Counted from the first letter of the whole stretch, positions 1 through 14,230 are shown. The stretch is 63,560 nt of DNA, filler included, from Chiloscyllium plagiosum (GCF_004010195.1; 4 parts of one record of this genome joined end to end with filler, not necessarily neighbours in it), one strand, 5' to 3'. Made by a program: numbers and translations. Notes: generated by a model from the letters alone, not told the origin.

Positions 1-37
1 ATTCCTGAAGAAGGGCTTATGCCCGAAACGTCGATTC
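1..37 (+). ncRNA. minimal type I hammerhead ribozyme motif
   Basis: CTGAAGA (5-11), extra A, stem II GGGC-ttat-GCCC, GAAA (25-28), palindromic ACGT stem III, GTC cleavage triplet (30-32), short stem I (tc/ga). Confidence 0.7.
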
Positions 38-130
38 TCCTGTTCCCTGGATGCTGCCTGACCTGCTGCGCTTTTCCAGCAACACATTTCCAGCTCTGAT
101 CTCCAGCATCTGCAAACCTCACTTTCTCCT
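1..130 (+). mobile_element. Penelope-like element pLTR fragment (cut by window start)
   Basis: Same sequence as the pLTR halves at 22177-22273 and 60919-60969; related to the pLTR following the GIY-YIG ORF at about 49435-49520. Confidence 0.8.
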
Positions 131-1915
131 GAATACAAATTCAGCATAGTAACGAAAAAGAACAACTAGAGAGAGATAGGACGCCTTAAAATCCAAAATG
201 GGCATGCATGTGTAAAACCTCAAGAGATGGGTGAGGTCCTCAGTTTTCCCCTCTGTTTTTACCATGAAGAAAGACATGAAGACCTGTGACCTTTGGGAGG
301 TTAGTTGTGATATCTTGGTACAGTTCATATCACAGTAGAGGTGCTGTTGGATATATTAGAATGCGCAAAGTCAGATAAATCTCTTGGTCCTGACCAGATA
401 TATCTAAGAGCACTGCACGAGGCGAGAGAAGATAGTTCGGGGTAAGGTCCCGGAAGACTGGGCAGTAGCAAATGTAGTGCCCTTATTCAGAAGGGCTGCA
501 AAGAAAAGCCTGGGAAATATAGACCAGTAAACTTCACATCTGTTTCGGAAACCACTTGAGAAGTTTCGAAGATACAAGATATGCATGCATTTGGGAAGAC
601 AGAGTTTGACTTGGAGCAGTCAGCATAGCTTGGTGCGTGGCAGATCATGCATGACAAATTTTGATGAGTTTTTTGAGGAAGTGACCAGGAAGGTAGACGA
701 GGGCAGGGTGGTGGACATAGTCTATATGGATTTCAGTAAGGCCTTTCATCAGGATCCACATGGTAGGCCGCTCTCGAAGGTTAGATCGAATGGACCCCAA
801 TGTAAACTGGCAAATTGGCGACACGATTGGCTTAACGTTAGGAAACAAATGGCTATGGTGGAGGTATGCTTGTCGGACTGGAGGCCTGTGACTAGTGGAG
901 TGCCTCAATGGTCGGTCCTGGGCCCATTGATGTTTGTTATCTATATCTATGATTTGGACCAGAGTGCACAATGCGACGTTAGTAGGTTTGCAGATGACAC
1001 TAAATTAGGACGCATCATTTACAGTGAGGAACGTTATCAGAAATTGCAGCAGTATCTTGATCAGCAGGGGAATTGGGCTGAAAAATAGCAAATAGAGTTT
1101 AATATACATAAGTGCGACGTCTTGCATTTTGGAAAGTCAAATCCAGGTAGGAGTTTAATGACGAATTATAGTGCCTTAAGGAGTGTAGTGGAACAAAAGG
1201 ACGTTGGAGATCAGGTGCACGATTGTCTGAAATTTGAGTCACAGATACACAGGACAGTGAAGAAGGCTGTTGGCACACTGGCCTTCATCAGTGCATTGAG
1301 TAAAGAAGTCGGGACATTATGTTGCAATTGTACAGGATGTTGGTATGGCTGCAGTTGGAGTATTGTGTTCAGTTTTGTTCACCTTGCTCTAGAAAGGATA
1401 TTATTGAACTAGAAAGTATGCAGATCAAATTGCCAAAGATGTTTCCTGGGCTAAAGGCTCTAAGTTATAGGCAGAGGTTGGACAGTTTAGAACTTATTTC
1501 TTTACAGCGTAGGAAACTGAGGGGGTTCTTATAGACGTGTAGCCCTTATAAAATCATGGGAGGCGTGCATGTGGTGAATACTTCAATTTTTTTTTACCCA
1601 AGTTTGTGGAATCGAGGACTAGAGGACATCCATTAATGTTTGGAAAGGATAAAAAATATAAAAAGGAAACTGAGGGGCAACTTTTTTACATAGAGTGTGG
1701 TACGCATAAGGACTGAGCTGTCAGTGGAAGTGAATGAGGTGGGTACAATAACAATATTGAAAAGGCATTTGGACAAATACACAGATAGGAAAGGATTAGA
1801 GGGATACATAGCAAGGGCAGGGAAATGGGGTGAGTCTGGATGCACATTTTGGTTGCCATGGACCAGCTGGGCCAAATGGTCAGTCATAATGGCAGTCTCG
1901 TGCAATATGACAGTA
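131..1915 (+). mobile_element. CR1/HER1-type LINE, decayed ORF2 (RT) to 3' end
   Basis: Translations VDIVYMDFSKAF, VTSGVPQWSVLGP, FADDTKLG, LEYCVQF with stops and frameshifts. Confidence 0.9.
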
Positions 1916-2475
1916 AATGAGTGTTTTGGAGTGGAGACAGGATGGGGGGCGGGGGGGAGACTGAGATAAAATGTCATGGAGTGATATGTTCATAGGTTCA
2001 GAATGAAGACATTTCGATAGTATCATGCAACATGGGTCAGTATTTCGAAGAATTATGAGTGAAAGGGATATTGCTGTGAGTTGAGGCGATGGGGAGTTCT
2101 GGATGAGCATTTGTTCTGCAGCTTTGTAACTGGGAGTAAGGACAGCAGAGTCTTCGCCTCACTGGATTGAACCTAACAAAAAACTGTCTAGTGACATTTT
2201 CTTTGAGTGTGACGGGGGGTTGTCGACACGAGGCCGAGCTAGTTTCCTGGTGCTATCTTACCAAACTCATCTCATTAGCTACACATCCCACTCCATAGTG
2301 TCCCTCTCATACAATGCCAGCCCGATTCTCCCACCCATCATGACTGGAGGTATTCGCAATTGCCCGGATGCCCCTGGATATTCTGTGATCCATGACACTG
2401 GTGCCATCTTTAAAAGATCAATGGCACATGGTTGCGCTTTCTCAGTTTGGAGCTGCCCTGCACATTTTCCCCAAG

Positions 2476-2703
2476 CATGGCAGCGAAGGGGAAATTACAC
2501 CACGGTTTGTCGACAGCAGCATGGAGGTCCTGGTGGATGCGCTCGTACAAAAGGGGACCATTCTCTTCCCAGAGGGGGGCACACTACCAGACCCACCGAG
2601 CATGGTCTGCTCACACCACCCAGCTCAGTGCAGTATCTGTGGTCTGAAGAAATTTCCAGAAATACAGGACAAGCATCAATAAGCTTCCCCACTCTGTCGG
2701 GGT
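2476..2703 (+). mobile_element. PIF/Harbinger Myb/SANT-like ORF remnant
   Basis: PRFVDSSMEVLVDALVQKGTILFP...SAVSVV resembles Harbinger Myb/SANT proteins; followed by gtaag; inverted paralogue at about 63260-63480. Confidence 0.55.
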
Positions 2704-3044
2704 AAGGGTCACCGAATTCTCTCTGCTCCCTCACACTCACTGTATCTCTGATATAGCACCGACCCCCGAAAAAGGTTCATGCTCCACCACTGTCACTACT
2801 GCATGCAGCACCTTCCCTTTCTTTCTCTCTTGCCTTTCTAATGCCCCCCACCATAGTTATAGAACATTCTGGGGAATGCCAATTGTGGAATGTTCCAGGT
2901 ATTGTTCCAACTTATTCCCAGTTTCAGGAAAACGGCTGTGCCCCAGTGTGTAACACGTAAGAGGATGGAGTAGAGATGTACGTTTTTCAAATCACACACA
3001 ATTAAAATCCATCATGAGGCCATTCACTACTTCAAATATGCTCC

Positions 3045-4660
3045 AAATAGATGGTGACACCTTGCAAAATGTCGATATTACAGAGGAGGAAGTGCTGGAT
3101 GTCTTGAAGCGGGTAAAGGTGGATAAATCCCCAGGACCTGATCAGGTGTACCCTAGAACTCTGTGGGAATCTAGAGAAGTGATTGCTGGACTCTTGCTGA
3201 GATATTTGTAATATGGATAGTCACAGGTGAGGTGCCAGAAGACTGGAGTTTGGCTAACGCTGAGCCCTTGTATAAGAAGGGTGTGAAATACAAGCCAGGG
3301 AACTATAGACCGGTGACCCTGACCTTAGTGCTGGGCAAGTTGTTGGAGGGAATCGTGAGGGACAGGATGTGCATGTATTTGGAAAGGCAAGGACTGATTA
3401 TGGATAGTCAACATGGCTTTGTGCGTGAGAAATCATGTCTCACAAACTTGATTTAGTTTTTTGAGGAAGTAACAAAGAGGATTGATGAGGGCAGAGGGGC
3501 AGATGTGATCTATATGGACTTCAGTAAGTGTTTTGATGAGGTTCCCCATGGGAGACTGAATGGCATGGTTAGATCTCATTGAATACATGGAGAACTAGCC
3601 ATTTGGATACAAGACTGGCTCAAAGGTAGAAGACAGGTGGTGGAGGGTTGAATTTCAGACTGGAGGCCTGTGACAAGTGCAGTGCCACAAGGATCGCTGC
3701 TGGGTTCACTACTTTTTGTCATTGACATAAGTGATTTGGATGCAAGCATAAGAGGTACAATTAGTAAGTTTGCAGATGACAGCCAAATTTGAGGTGCAGT
3801 GGAGAGCGAAGAGGGTCACCTCAGATTGACCAAATGGCCAATGGGCTGAGAAGTGGCAGATGAAGTTTAATTCAGATAAATGCTAGGTGCTGCATTTTGG
3901 GAAAGAAAATCTTATCAGGACTTATACACTTAATGGTAAGGTTGCTGAACAAAGAGACCTTGGAGTGCAGGTTCATAGCTCCTTGAAAGGGGAGATGCAG
4001 ATAAATAGGATACTGATGAAGGCGTTTCATTTATTGGTCAGAGCATAGAGTACAGGAATTGTAAGATCATGTTGCGGCTGAACAGGACACGAGTTAGGCC
4101 AGTGTTGGAATATTGCGTGCAATTCTGGTCTCCTTCCAATCGAAAAGATGTTGTGAAACTTGAAAGGGTTCAGAAGAGATTTCAAGGATGTTGCCAGCGT
4201 TGGAGGATTTGAGCTATAGGGAGAGGCTGAACAGACTGGGACTGTTTTCCCTGGAGCGTCGGAGGCTGAGTGCTGACATTATAGAGTTTTACAAAATTAT
4301 GAGGGGCATGGATAGGGTAAATAGGTGAAGTCTTTTACCTGGGGTCGGGGAGTCAGAACGAGAGGGTATAAGTTTAGGGTGAGAGGGGAAAGATATAATA
4401 GAGAACTACGGGCAGCTATTTCACACAGAGGATGGTACGTATATGGAATGAACTGCCAGGTGATGTCGGGGAGGCTGATACAAGTGCAACATTTAAGAGG
4501 CATTTGGATGGGTGAATGAATAAGAAGGGTTTTGGAGGGATATGGGCTGGGTGCTGGCAGGTGGGACTAGATTGGTTTGGGATATCTGGCCGGCATGGAT
4601 GTTGGACTGAAGGGTCTGTTTCCATGCTGTACATCTCTATGACACTATGACCCTATGACT
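3045..4660 (+). mobile_element. CR1/HER1 LINE fragment (RT to ctatgac-type tail) inserted in the L1 3' region
   Basis: KSPGPDQVYPR, PGNYRPV, SQHGF, FADD motifs; repeated tail at 4636-4660. Confidence 0.9.
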
Positions 4661-5416
4661 TATATTGATCTCTGATTTTTGGTGCACCATGCTGGTGTGA
4701 AATCCAAAGGGATATTCTCCATGATGAGCTTACAACGTCCCAACAGACACGGGGAGTTTTCAGACATGCAACACAACATAATATTTTCCCTCGCCCAGAA
4801 AGTAAAGTTATATTTTTTCCCATGTGCATCTGTGTAAGATACTCTGAGCAGGCCTAGGAAAAGAGAAACCAGGTCCACCTCCAATTCGCTCCCCAAGACC
4901 CACTCTACCACACCGAACACAGTGCTCCAGCATATACGAAGCCTAGCACAGGACCACATGCAATGAGTAAGAGTGCCTGTAGTCATTCTGCATTTAGGAC
5001 AAGCTGAAGATAATCCCACTTTGAATTTTGAGAGAAACTCTGGGGTCAGATAGACCCTGTGAAGTATATTCAACTGCATGGAATGGGTCCTATTTCAGAT
5101 CAAAATCCTTACAGCATTTTCACAAATATCCTCCCATGTCTCCGAAGAGATCTAAACCCCCAACTCTCTCGCACAGACTTCACGAAGCTGCACAGTCTTG
5201 TCTGAGCGGACACTATCCAACTAATGATAAAGGGTGCTGACAGACAGTGTATTCTTAGCAGTAAAAACCCACTTCTCTATATCGGATCTATAAGTGTCTG
5301 TTAAAAGTAATTTTTTAATCAAATCTCTAATTTGGAAAAAAACAGAAGTCTCTACTAGGTTTTCCATACTTACGAATCATTTGACCAAATTATATCATTG
5401 TTTCTCCCTCAAGTAA

Positions 5417-5730
5417 CACGTGGTGGCTCGGTGGTTTGCACTGACTCACAGCACCAGGGTCACGGGTTTGGTTCCAGCTTTGAGTGACTGCCTGTGCGGA
5501 TTTAGTATATTCTCAACTGTGTCTGCGTAGGTTTCCTCCCACAGTCAAAAAGATGTGCAGGTTAGATGAATTGGCCATTGCTAAATCGCTCATAGTTTTT
5601 CAGGATCTGTAAGTTGGGGTAAATATAGCAAGGTAGGGGAATGGGTCTGGGTGGGTCACTCTTCAGAGGGTCGAAGTGGACTGGCAGGGCCCAAGGACCT
5701 GTTTCCACACTGCAGGGTTTCTACTAATTC
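5417..5730 (+). mobile_element. HE1-like V-SINE (old; counterpart 34197-34525)
   Basis: Degenerate A/B boxes, V-domain core, CR1-like tail. Confidence 0.8.
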
Positions 5731-6189
5731 TAAATCACCCAATCAAGGTATCCCCCTCGCTGCCCACAGTTTACAACTGGAATCCATTATCCTCGGTTGA
5801 CAATCCAGTATATTAATTATAGGGGTTAAGAAACATGGTTTTGGCTGTATTGCCCTCAATCTGACTCATTGTCCTTCATGCTTTAACAGTATTGGTCATC
5901 GTTAGTTTATGACAATACTCCAAAAACGTTGTCAATTTATCTAAGAACAACAGACAAATAAGGGTTCGCTTTGTCTGAGAGGGCTCAATGTCTAGCCATA
6001 TTGATGCCGAGACCACAGCAGTCCAGGCACTCAAATACGATGAGAAAAACCTTAATTGATTGCTATTAATCGGGGAGATCAACTCCCCACAATCTGTGGG
6101 GCAGTTGCAATTTTGTTAGCTCGATAAAGAATAGCTTATGATGCCAAATAAAAGAGCTAAACCAGCCATTTTTTTTTTCAAAAAAAATC

Positions 6190-6510
6190 TTTGATTCGTT
6201 TACTTACAGTGTGGAAACAGGCACTTCGGCCCAACAAGTCCACACCGACCCGCCGAAGCGCAACCCACCCACACCCATTCCCCTACATTTACCCCTTCAC
6301 CTAACACTACGAGCAATTTAGCATGGCCAATTCACCTGACCTGCACATTTTTCTACTGTGGGAGGAAACCGGAGCACCCAGAGGAAACCCACGCAGACAC
6401 GGGGAGACCGTGCAAACTCCACGCAGCCAGTCGCCTGAGGCGGGAAGTGAACACGGGTCACTGGCACTGTGAGGAAGCAGTGCTAACCACTGTGCCACTG
6501 TGCAGCCCAC
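6190..6510 (-). mobile_element. HE1-like V-SINE, left arm only
   Basis: Near-consensus SINE; empty site at about 33770 in the right arm. Confidence 0.85.
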
Positions 6511-8217
6511 ATGCCTCATTTGTCTGGGAAACATCAAAACAAGCATTCACACGGGGTGTAGGAAATGAGAAAGTATATTCATTTTAAGAATAGCTATCCG
6601 ACTTAGCCAGGATTTTCTAAATGCCTCCCATCTTTGAAGGTCTTGTTTAATTTTGTCAAACAAATGGACATAGTTCACCTGAAAGAAATGATCAAAGACA
6701 GATGCAATGAATATACTGAAATAGGGAAACCACCCCAGTGACCATTTCAAAGGAAACCAGGATTTGCCCTCAGTATTAGGTATTTCCCTAAGACCTCCCA
6801 TAGACATGGCCTCCAACTTTGTAAAATTAATCTTATCGCCCAAAAAGGCAACAAGCGAATTAATGCATTGCATCACATAATTTACCGAAATTGCGGGATT
6901 TGACAGAAAACATAAGACCCTCATCTGCATACAATGTAATCTATCGTGACTTCTGTCCCACTTCTGGGGCAGATGTGTTGGCATCTTGACGAATGGCCTC
7001 CGCCAGTGGCTCAATCACCAACGTAAACAACAATGGCGAAAAGTGTCAACCTTGTCGGCTGCCTGGAGAAATATTAATATTACTGGTTGGCCACACCATT
7101 AGTGAGAACCGCAGCCAAAGGATCACGGTAAAGGACCCTCACCCACTTGATAAAAACTTTGCACAGACCAAACCGTTCTAATGTACAGAAGAGATCCGGC
7201 TACTCAACCCAATCACATGCCTTCTCTCATCTAAAGGGATCAAAAATCCCTGGACAGATTGTTGTTGACACTCTTGGATCATATTGAGTAACCTCTTCAC
7301 ATTGTAGGAAGATCTGTGGCCCTTTATAAAGCCTGTTTGGTCCTCTTTGGCAACGGAAGGCAGCAAAGTTTCCAGCCTTAATGCATGCGTTTCAGACAAG
7401 ATTTTGAGACCAACATTTAATAGTGAGATTGGCGTGTAAGAAGCACAATCCTCCAGGGTCTTCCTTTCTTCAGCATGAGAGAGAAATGAGCCTCTCTTTA
7501 GGATGGAGGGAGGGGTTCGTGAATGTATGAGTGACGGAACATGTTAAACATCAACCCTGACAATAGGTTTATAAAGTATTCATACAATTCACGAGGTAAT
7601 CCGTCAGGAACGTGCGCCTTTACATTTAGACGCTGCTTCATACCCTCCTGCGCTGACAATGGTCCATTAAGCCACAACACTTATTCAGGGGTTACTCCTG
7701 GAAGACCCAGGTTCTTGAAAAATGACTCCATCTTAATCCATCCATCCTCACAATGTCCAGGCTGAAATAATTCGGTGAAAAATCTCGGACAGGAGGTATT
7801 AATCTTTTTGCAATTAAAGGTAAGGATCCCAGTACCTTCCCTAACTGAGGTAATGGCTTAAGAGGGGCGCTCGTTTTCCTGGCAAGATAAAATAAATACC
7901 TGCCTGGTTTATCATCATGCTCAAACAGCCTTTGTTTTGCAAAAGGAAGTACCTTCTTGGCTGTCTGTGTGAGCGTGGAATTCACTGTCGACCGAAGCAA
8001 TGTGATCCTCTGCAGCTAAGCCACTGAGGGTCAATCACAGTATGCCCTCTCGGCTGCCCTCAGCTGTGCCTCAAACCAGCGTTCCTGCTCCCCCTTCTGC
8101 TACATCCTAAGGATTAATTATTCCCTTGGCATAAGCCTTAGCAATTTCCCATAGAATGGATGGCTTACTGCTTAAATCTGAATTAATGGTTAAGAAAGAT
8201 CTGAATTCATTGCACTG

Positions 8218-8545
8218 GGCGGCATGCTGGCACGGAGGCACAGTGGTGAGCACTGTGGCCTCACAGCGCCAGAGACCCGGGTTCAATTCCTGCCTTATCT
8301 GACAGTTTGTGTGGAGTTTACACATTCTCCCAGTGTCTACGTGGGTTTTCTCCGGGTGCTCCGGTTTCCTCCCACAGTCCAAACATGTGCAGTTTCGGTG
8401 AATTGGCCATGCTAAATTGCCTGTAGTGTTAGGTGAAGGGGTAAATGTCAGCGAATGGGTCTGTGTGGGTTGCTCTTTGGCGGGTCGGTGTGGACTTATT
8501 GGGCCGAAGGGCCTGTTCCTACACTGTAAGTAATCTAATCTAAAT
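8218..8545 (+). mobile_element. HE1-like V-SINE (counterpart 31727-32080)
   Basis: ggcacagtgg A box, ggttcaattcc B box, V core, (taatc)n tail. Confidence 0.85.
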
Positions 8546-8663
8546 ACTCAATTAACCAACTAGTCTTAATAATAAATTCGCTAGTTTCTCGAATCTGTTA
8601 TATTGCCCTTAATCTAAATCAATAAGTATACTGCTGCATGACCAGAAATGGTAATATTCCCAA

Positions 8664-10605
8664 TTGTGCAGGATGCCACCGAATCTAAGATTGTTGCAGG
8701 GATGGGGAAGATATCAACCCTCGTGTGGCATTTCTGCGGGTTAAAGAAGAAAATAAAATCCCTACTTGTGATGTGGATCTGCCACCAGACATTCACCAGC
8801 TCTCGTTCTGCACACAAATCCCCTAATTGCTTACATTATAACGAGGGAATTGGGGCACCTTTGGACATTCTGTCCACTGTGGGGTCTATAATACAGTTGA
8901 AATCTTCTACAATAATCTGCCACGATGCAAGATAACTGAATTTTGAAAATGCATCTACCAGGATGTTAAGAGGGTGCGCCGGGGGTGGGGGGGCAATAAT
9001 CATTCAAAATACTGTATCATTTACCATAGTTCAAGGCTTTGGGGATTATGAGTCTTCCGTGAGTATCAAATGCAATCTAGTAGGTTAAATGAAAGATTCT
9101 TTTTATCCATTATGGGTTCTCCTCTACTCGTAGTATTAAAAGAGGAGAAATAAACCCGATCAAACCCGACCTGCTGTAATGTCAAATGTTCTTTGTCATC
9201 AAGGTCCATATCCTGCAAGAGGACAACATCCATCCTCTCAGTTTAAGACTAGAAAGTAAATTTTTCCTCTTCTCTGGCTAATGGCACCCCTAAATGCTCC
9301 AGGTACACCATTTCAGCACATCATTACCCATAACACACTGTAGCAACATTTGAACTCGAGAGTCGAAGAACTCGAATTACTGATCACTCATAAACAAAGT
9401 CTCATAGAGTTTAAACACGACACAAACTAAGAATACTACTACTGCCAACACTCAAATCTTTCCAAAACGAAGCATTTTAAGTAAATGTCTGGGATGGAGT
9501 GGGTTAGGGCAGTACTTTGCCCGTGCTGTGATGCAGAGCCCAACAAATCAGACCTTCCAAATCGCCACCATCTTGGATTTCCCCTTAACATTTTATCGAT
9601 ATTATCATTTCATTTTGCATTATATTCCTGGATGTTGTGCAGGATGCCACCAAATCCATGATTGTTGTAGGGATGGGGAAGATATCAACCCTCGTGTGGC
9701 ATTTCTGCGGGTTAAAGAAGAAAATAAAATCCCTACTTGTGAGGTAGATCTGCCTCCAGACATCCACCAGCTCTAGTTCTGCACACAAATCCACTAATCG
9801 CTTACATTATAACGAGGGAATTGGGGCACCTTAGGACATTCTGTCCACTGTGGGGTCCATAATACAGTTGAAATATTCTACAATAATGTGCCACGATGAA
9901 AGATAACTGAATTTGGAAAATGCATCTACCAGGATTTTAAGAGGGTGCGCCAGGGGTGGGGGCAATAATCATTCAAAATACTGTATTATTTACCATAGTT
10001 CAAGGCTTTGGGGATTACGAGTCTCCCGTGAGTATCAAATACAATCTAGTAGGTTAAATGAAAGATTCTTTTTATCCATTATGGCTTCTCCTCTACTCGT
10101 AGTATTAAAAGAGGAGAAATAAACCCGATCAAACCCGACCTGCTGCAATGTCAAATGTTCTTTGTCATCAAGATGCACCTCCTGCAAGAGGACAACATCC
10201 ATCCTCTCATTTTGAGACTAGAAAGTAAATTTTTCCTCTTTTCTGGCTAATGGCTCCCCTTAATGCTCCAGGTACACCAATTAAGCACATCATTACCCAG
10301 AACACACTGTAGCAACATTTGAACTCGAGAGACGAAGAACTCGAATTACTGATCATTCATAAACAAAGTCTCATAGAGCTTAGAAACTACACAAACTAAG
10401 ACTACTACAACTGCCAACCCTCAAATCTTTCCAAAACGAAGCATTTTAAGTAAATGTCTGGGATGGAGTGGGTTAGGGAAGCACTTTGCCCGTGCTGTGA
10501 TGCAGAGCCCAACAAATCAGACCTTCCAAATCGCCACCATCTTGGATTTCCCCTTAACATTTTCTCGATATTATCATTTCATTTTGCATTATATTCCTGG
10601 ATGTT
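8664..10605. repeat. tandem duplication of about 970 bp (8664-9634 and 9635-10605) covering the L1 5' end and endonuclease
   Basis: Two direct copies both starting ttgtgcaggatgccacc; single copy in the right arm. Confidence 0.9.
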
Positions 10606-11044
10606 CTGGAGCAGTGTGATCTTTTTACCACTGTCAGCATTTCCCCAACACTGCACATTCCTGCCTTTCCCCGATAATCCTTGACTCCGTTATTATTTAT
10701 GAACCTTCTGTCTGTGCCTCAAACATATTCAATATCTCTGCCTCCAATGCTCTGCAGGAAAGAGAGTTCCAAATACTCTCACCACTGAGAAAACAAACAT
10801 TAACTTCTTCTGTGTGTGAGATTATTTTTGTCTCCTTACCTGAGAAAAGATATAATTAAATTGGAAACAGTTCATCGATGTTTCACTTCATGTATTCCAG
10901 GGATGAGGGTCTTATATCATGAAGGCTTTCACAGGTTACTTTTGGAATGAGAGGTGATCTTATTGAAACATATAAAACCTAGAGGAGAGTGGATCAGATA
11001 GATAACCACTGGGTGTTTGTATAGTAAAACTTCTTGTTGTTTTT

Positions 11045-11400
11045 ATAGAATCTCTACATTGTGGAAGCAGGACATTCCATCCATCAAGTCCACATTGACC
11101 CTCGTAACAGTATTCCCACCCCGGACCTGCCCCCCTACTCTATCCATGTAACCCTGCATTTCGAATGACTAACCGATCTCACCTACACATCCCTGGGCAC
11201 TATGGGCAATTTAGTATAGCCAATCCGCTCTAAGATGTATACCTTTGGACAGTGGGAGAAAACTGGAATACTAGGAGGAAACCCACACAGACGTGGGGAG
11301 AATGTTCAAATTCCACATCGAGGGTTGCCCGAGGTTGGAATTGAACGCAGCTACTTGGTGATGGGAGTTAGCAGTGCTAACCACAGATCCACCATGCACA
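11045..11400 (-). mobile_element. old HE1-like SINE present in all three duplication copies (29470-29825, 55585-55905)
   Basis: Degenerate V-SINE core and tail. Confidence 0.75.
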
Positions 11401-12179
11401 TCCATTAGTTCTATTAGTTACTTGTGGCTGACTAAAGAAATCTGCCTGACTTGTTCCTATCACTGAACCTGACTCAGTCTGAGAACTTTATCATCGACCA
11501 TGTCACCAACCTGGTTACATTTAAAATTTGGTATCAGCAGTGTAGGAATGGGACGAGAAAAGGAAACAGTGATACCCTCCAACCTCCATCAGAGCAGGAA
11601 TTAGGAGAAATACACAAAGTATGATTTCAGTCAAGTGGGAATTCTCTTTCCCAGACGTTTGGGATGGCGGGATCTTCATATTATATCGAAGCTGGCTTTG
11701 TCTGATTTTCCATGGACAGGTGAATCAGGGAAAATGGTGCATGGAAAGAAAAGTGCAGCTGGGACCACAATGAGATGAGCCATGACCTTATTTACTGGTG
11801 GAGTAGTGTCAAAGGCCCAAATGGCCCACTTGTGTCCCTCAGCCCTATGTTCAGATGTTCCATTCAGCCCTCGGGCCTGCTAAACAGTGGCTGATCGAGG
11901 CCACTCCGATGGTTAGGTTTAGTTTTGGAAATGTACTTGGAAACTCCAGGCTGCATTAGGAAGTGAGCATCACCCCCACCCCCAATCCCTGTTTCCAGGT
12001 TTCCCCTCTTTGTAACTTCTGCTTCAGATGTGGGTCATGTTGCAAATGTGGGAATCCAGCCACATACCCCACCCAGGGTTAAAACAACAAATCATCTGCT
12101 CTCCCTGAATGCAACATTGTACAACACGACTTCCAGCAAAATAACCCGTTACTTTCCAAAAGCATAACATGTGAAATTA

Positions 12180-13480
12180 AAAATAGGAACAGGAGCAGGT
12201 CAATCGGCCTCTCAAGCTAACCCTGTTATTTAATAAGAACATGGCTGATCTACTCCAGGGCTCAACTCCACTACCTTGCCGACTCCTTGTATCCATCCAC
12301 ACCTCTCTGGGTTAGGGAATTCCAGAAATTCACTTCCTTCGGAGAGAAGACATAACTCTGCATCTCAGATGTAAACTGATGTTCCTTATTCGGTATCTAG
12401 ATCCTCGAGTTCGACACTTTGCCCAAAAATGGATACAACTTCTCAATATCTACCTTCTCCAACCCCCTCTGTGTCTTGTATGTTTCAGCAGTATCACTCC
12501 TCATTCACTTAAACCCCAATGAATAATCGCCTCACCAAATTAGAGATTCTCAATAACTCAACCCTTTATTCCCAGGAAATTGCCTCATGTACCAACCGAG
12601 TTACTTGCTGCATCAGCATGCTGTTTTTAAGTTTCATACACAGGAAGACTCCAAACCCTTTACTGTTCCTTTTCTGGAAGTCCTCGCCATTAAATAACAG
12701 CCTGCCTTTTGATTCTCAGTGTCATACTCAAACTTGGATGTGTATTGCACTCAGATCCCTCCTTCAGGCTGTCAGTATAGATTGCAAATAACTGATGTCA
12801 TCGGACTGCTATTTGTGGTACTCCAGCAGATACACCTTTATCATAAAGATCCATTAATCCTGACTCTCCGATTTATGTGTTAACCAATCATCATCCCATG
12901 TTAATACAGTATCTGACGTCCTGGAGCTTCTGTTTTGTGCAAGAACTTTTGTTTTGTAATACCTTGTGGAAAATGTCTGGAAAGCCTCGAGTCGACCAGA
13001 TCCCCTTTATGAAGTCCGCTTGTTACATTTTCAGGTATCTCCAGAAAAACTTTGCATGATTTTACAGGGCAAAATATCATTTCACTTTCACAAAACCCAC
13101 ACTGACTCTACGTAAAGCTTTTCTAAATGTCCATACTGGCCAGGTTTTCCAAACTATACTAGCTCCATCTGCTTTCATTTGGTCCATATGCCTCTCAATG
13201 TTTCCCATTCATATGTTTGTCCAAATGCGTTTTAAATGTTGTAGCTGTCCTTGCATCTCCCACTCTTCCTCTGGAAGCTCATTCCATACCCACACCGCCC
13301 TCTGTGTTAAAACGCTGCCCCTTCGTCCCTTTTAGATCTATTTTCTTCCACCTTAAGCCTATTCACTCTATGTTTGGATTCCCCTATCCTGTGGAAAAGA
13401 CCTTGGCTATTCACCATATCCATACCTCTCATGATTTTATAAGTTTCTATAATGTCACCCCTCAACATCCTACACTCCAT
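12180..13480 (-). mobile_element. old CR1-type LINE fragments (counterpart about 27400-28680)
   Basis: Degenerate CR1 3' region and RT sequence. Confidence 0.6.
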
Positions 13481-13964
13481 CTGACACTAACTTCAAGAAC
13501 AAGCGTTTAAAGATAAGCACTACAAAATTGAAACAATATTAAACATGACAGGTAACCAACACTCAGCCTAAACGTCATACTGTGATTTGTTTTTCTCCAT
13601 GTTACAATACTAAGGCAGCATGAAACGCTTACTAGGGCCAATAAGAAGTCAAGCACCTGAATTCCTTTGTCTAAAGGGGGTAATGATCACGACAGTGAAA
13701 ACATATCTGTGGCCAGATCTATATAATACCACATGGTCAACATTCTCCGTCCTGGCCTCCGTGTGACTTTGTGTGGTTGTGTCTTCTTTATTTTGTATTC
13801 AAAAAGGGAACCCCTTTCCCCCAGTCACCCTTAATTTCGACCCGTTATACAGAATCTTCTCATTCCCCACTGCTAAAAGCCCGTTTTTCTTTTGTCACAC
13901 CCTCTTTTTCCTGCCACCCATCCTCCACTTCTGGCAAGGGATTAAAATACCATTTTGCAATTGT

Positions 13965-14230
13965 ATTCAGTTTTGAAGAATTGTCACACTGGACTGGAAA
14001 CGCTAACTGTGTTTCTGTTTCTCTGCAGATGTTGACAGACCTGCTGAGTTTCTCCAGAAATGAATAGACACAGAACAATTTTTCAATTTAACAAATAACT
14101 ATGGGTACTGGAAATAAAAATACAAAAACCTTTGTAGAAGGTTCACTGAACCTGAAAGTTTAGCTCTGCATTCACTCCAGAAAATTCTGCAAAATCTTTA
14201 GCAATTTCTTCAGCAATTTTTGTTTTTGAA
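13965..14230 (+). mobile_element. degenerate Penelope pLTR fragments of a second family (counterpart about 26640-26900)
   Basis: ttgaaga...ggactggaaacgctaactgtg...cagatgttgacagacctgctgag resembles the right half of 48280-48475; eroded hammerhead core. Confidence 0.5.

Larger units (their letters stand above)
4661..10553 (-). mobile_element. decayed L1-clade LINE, copy 1 (ORF1 deleted, 3' end lost)
   Basis: KAHVPDGLPRELY, DQTGFIKGH, CPKCRMTTGTLTHCMWSC; reverse complement of 30681-35109. Confidence 0.85.
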
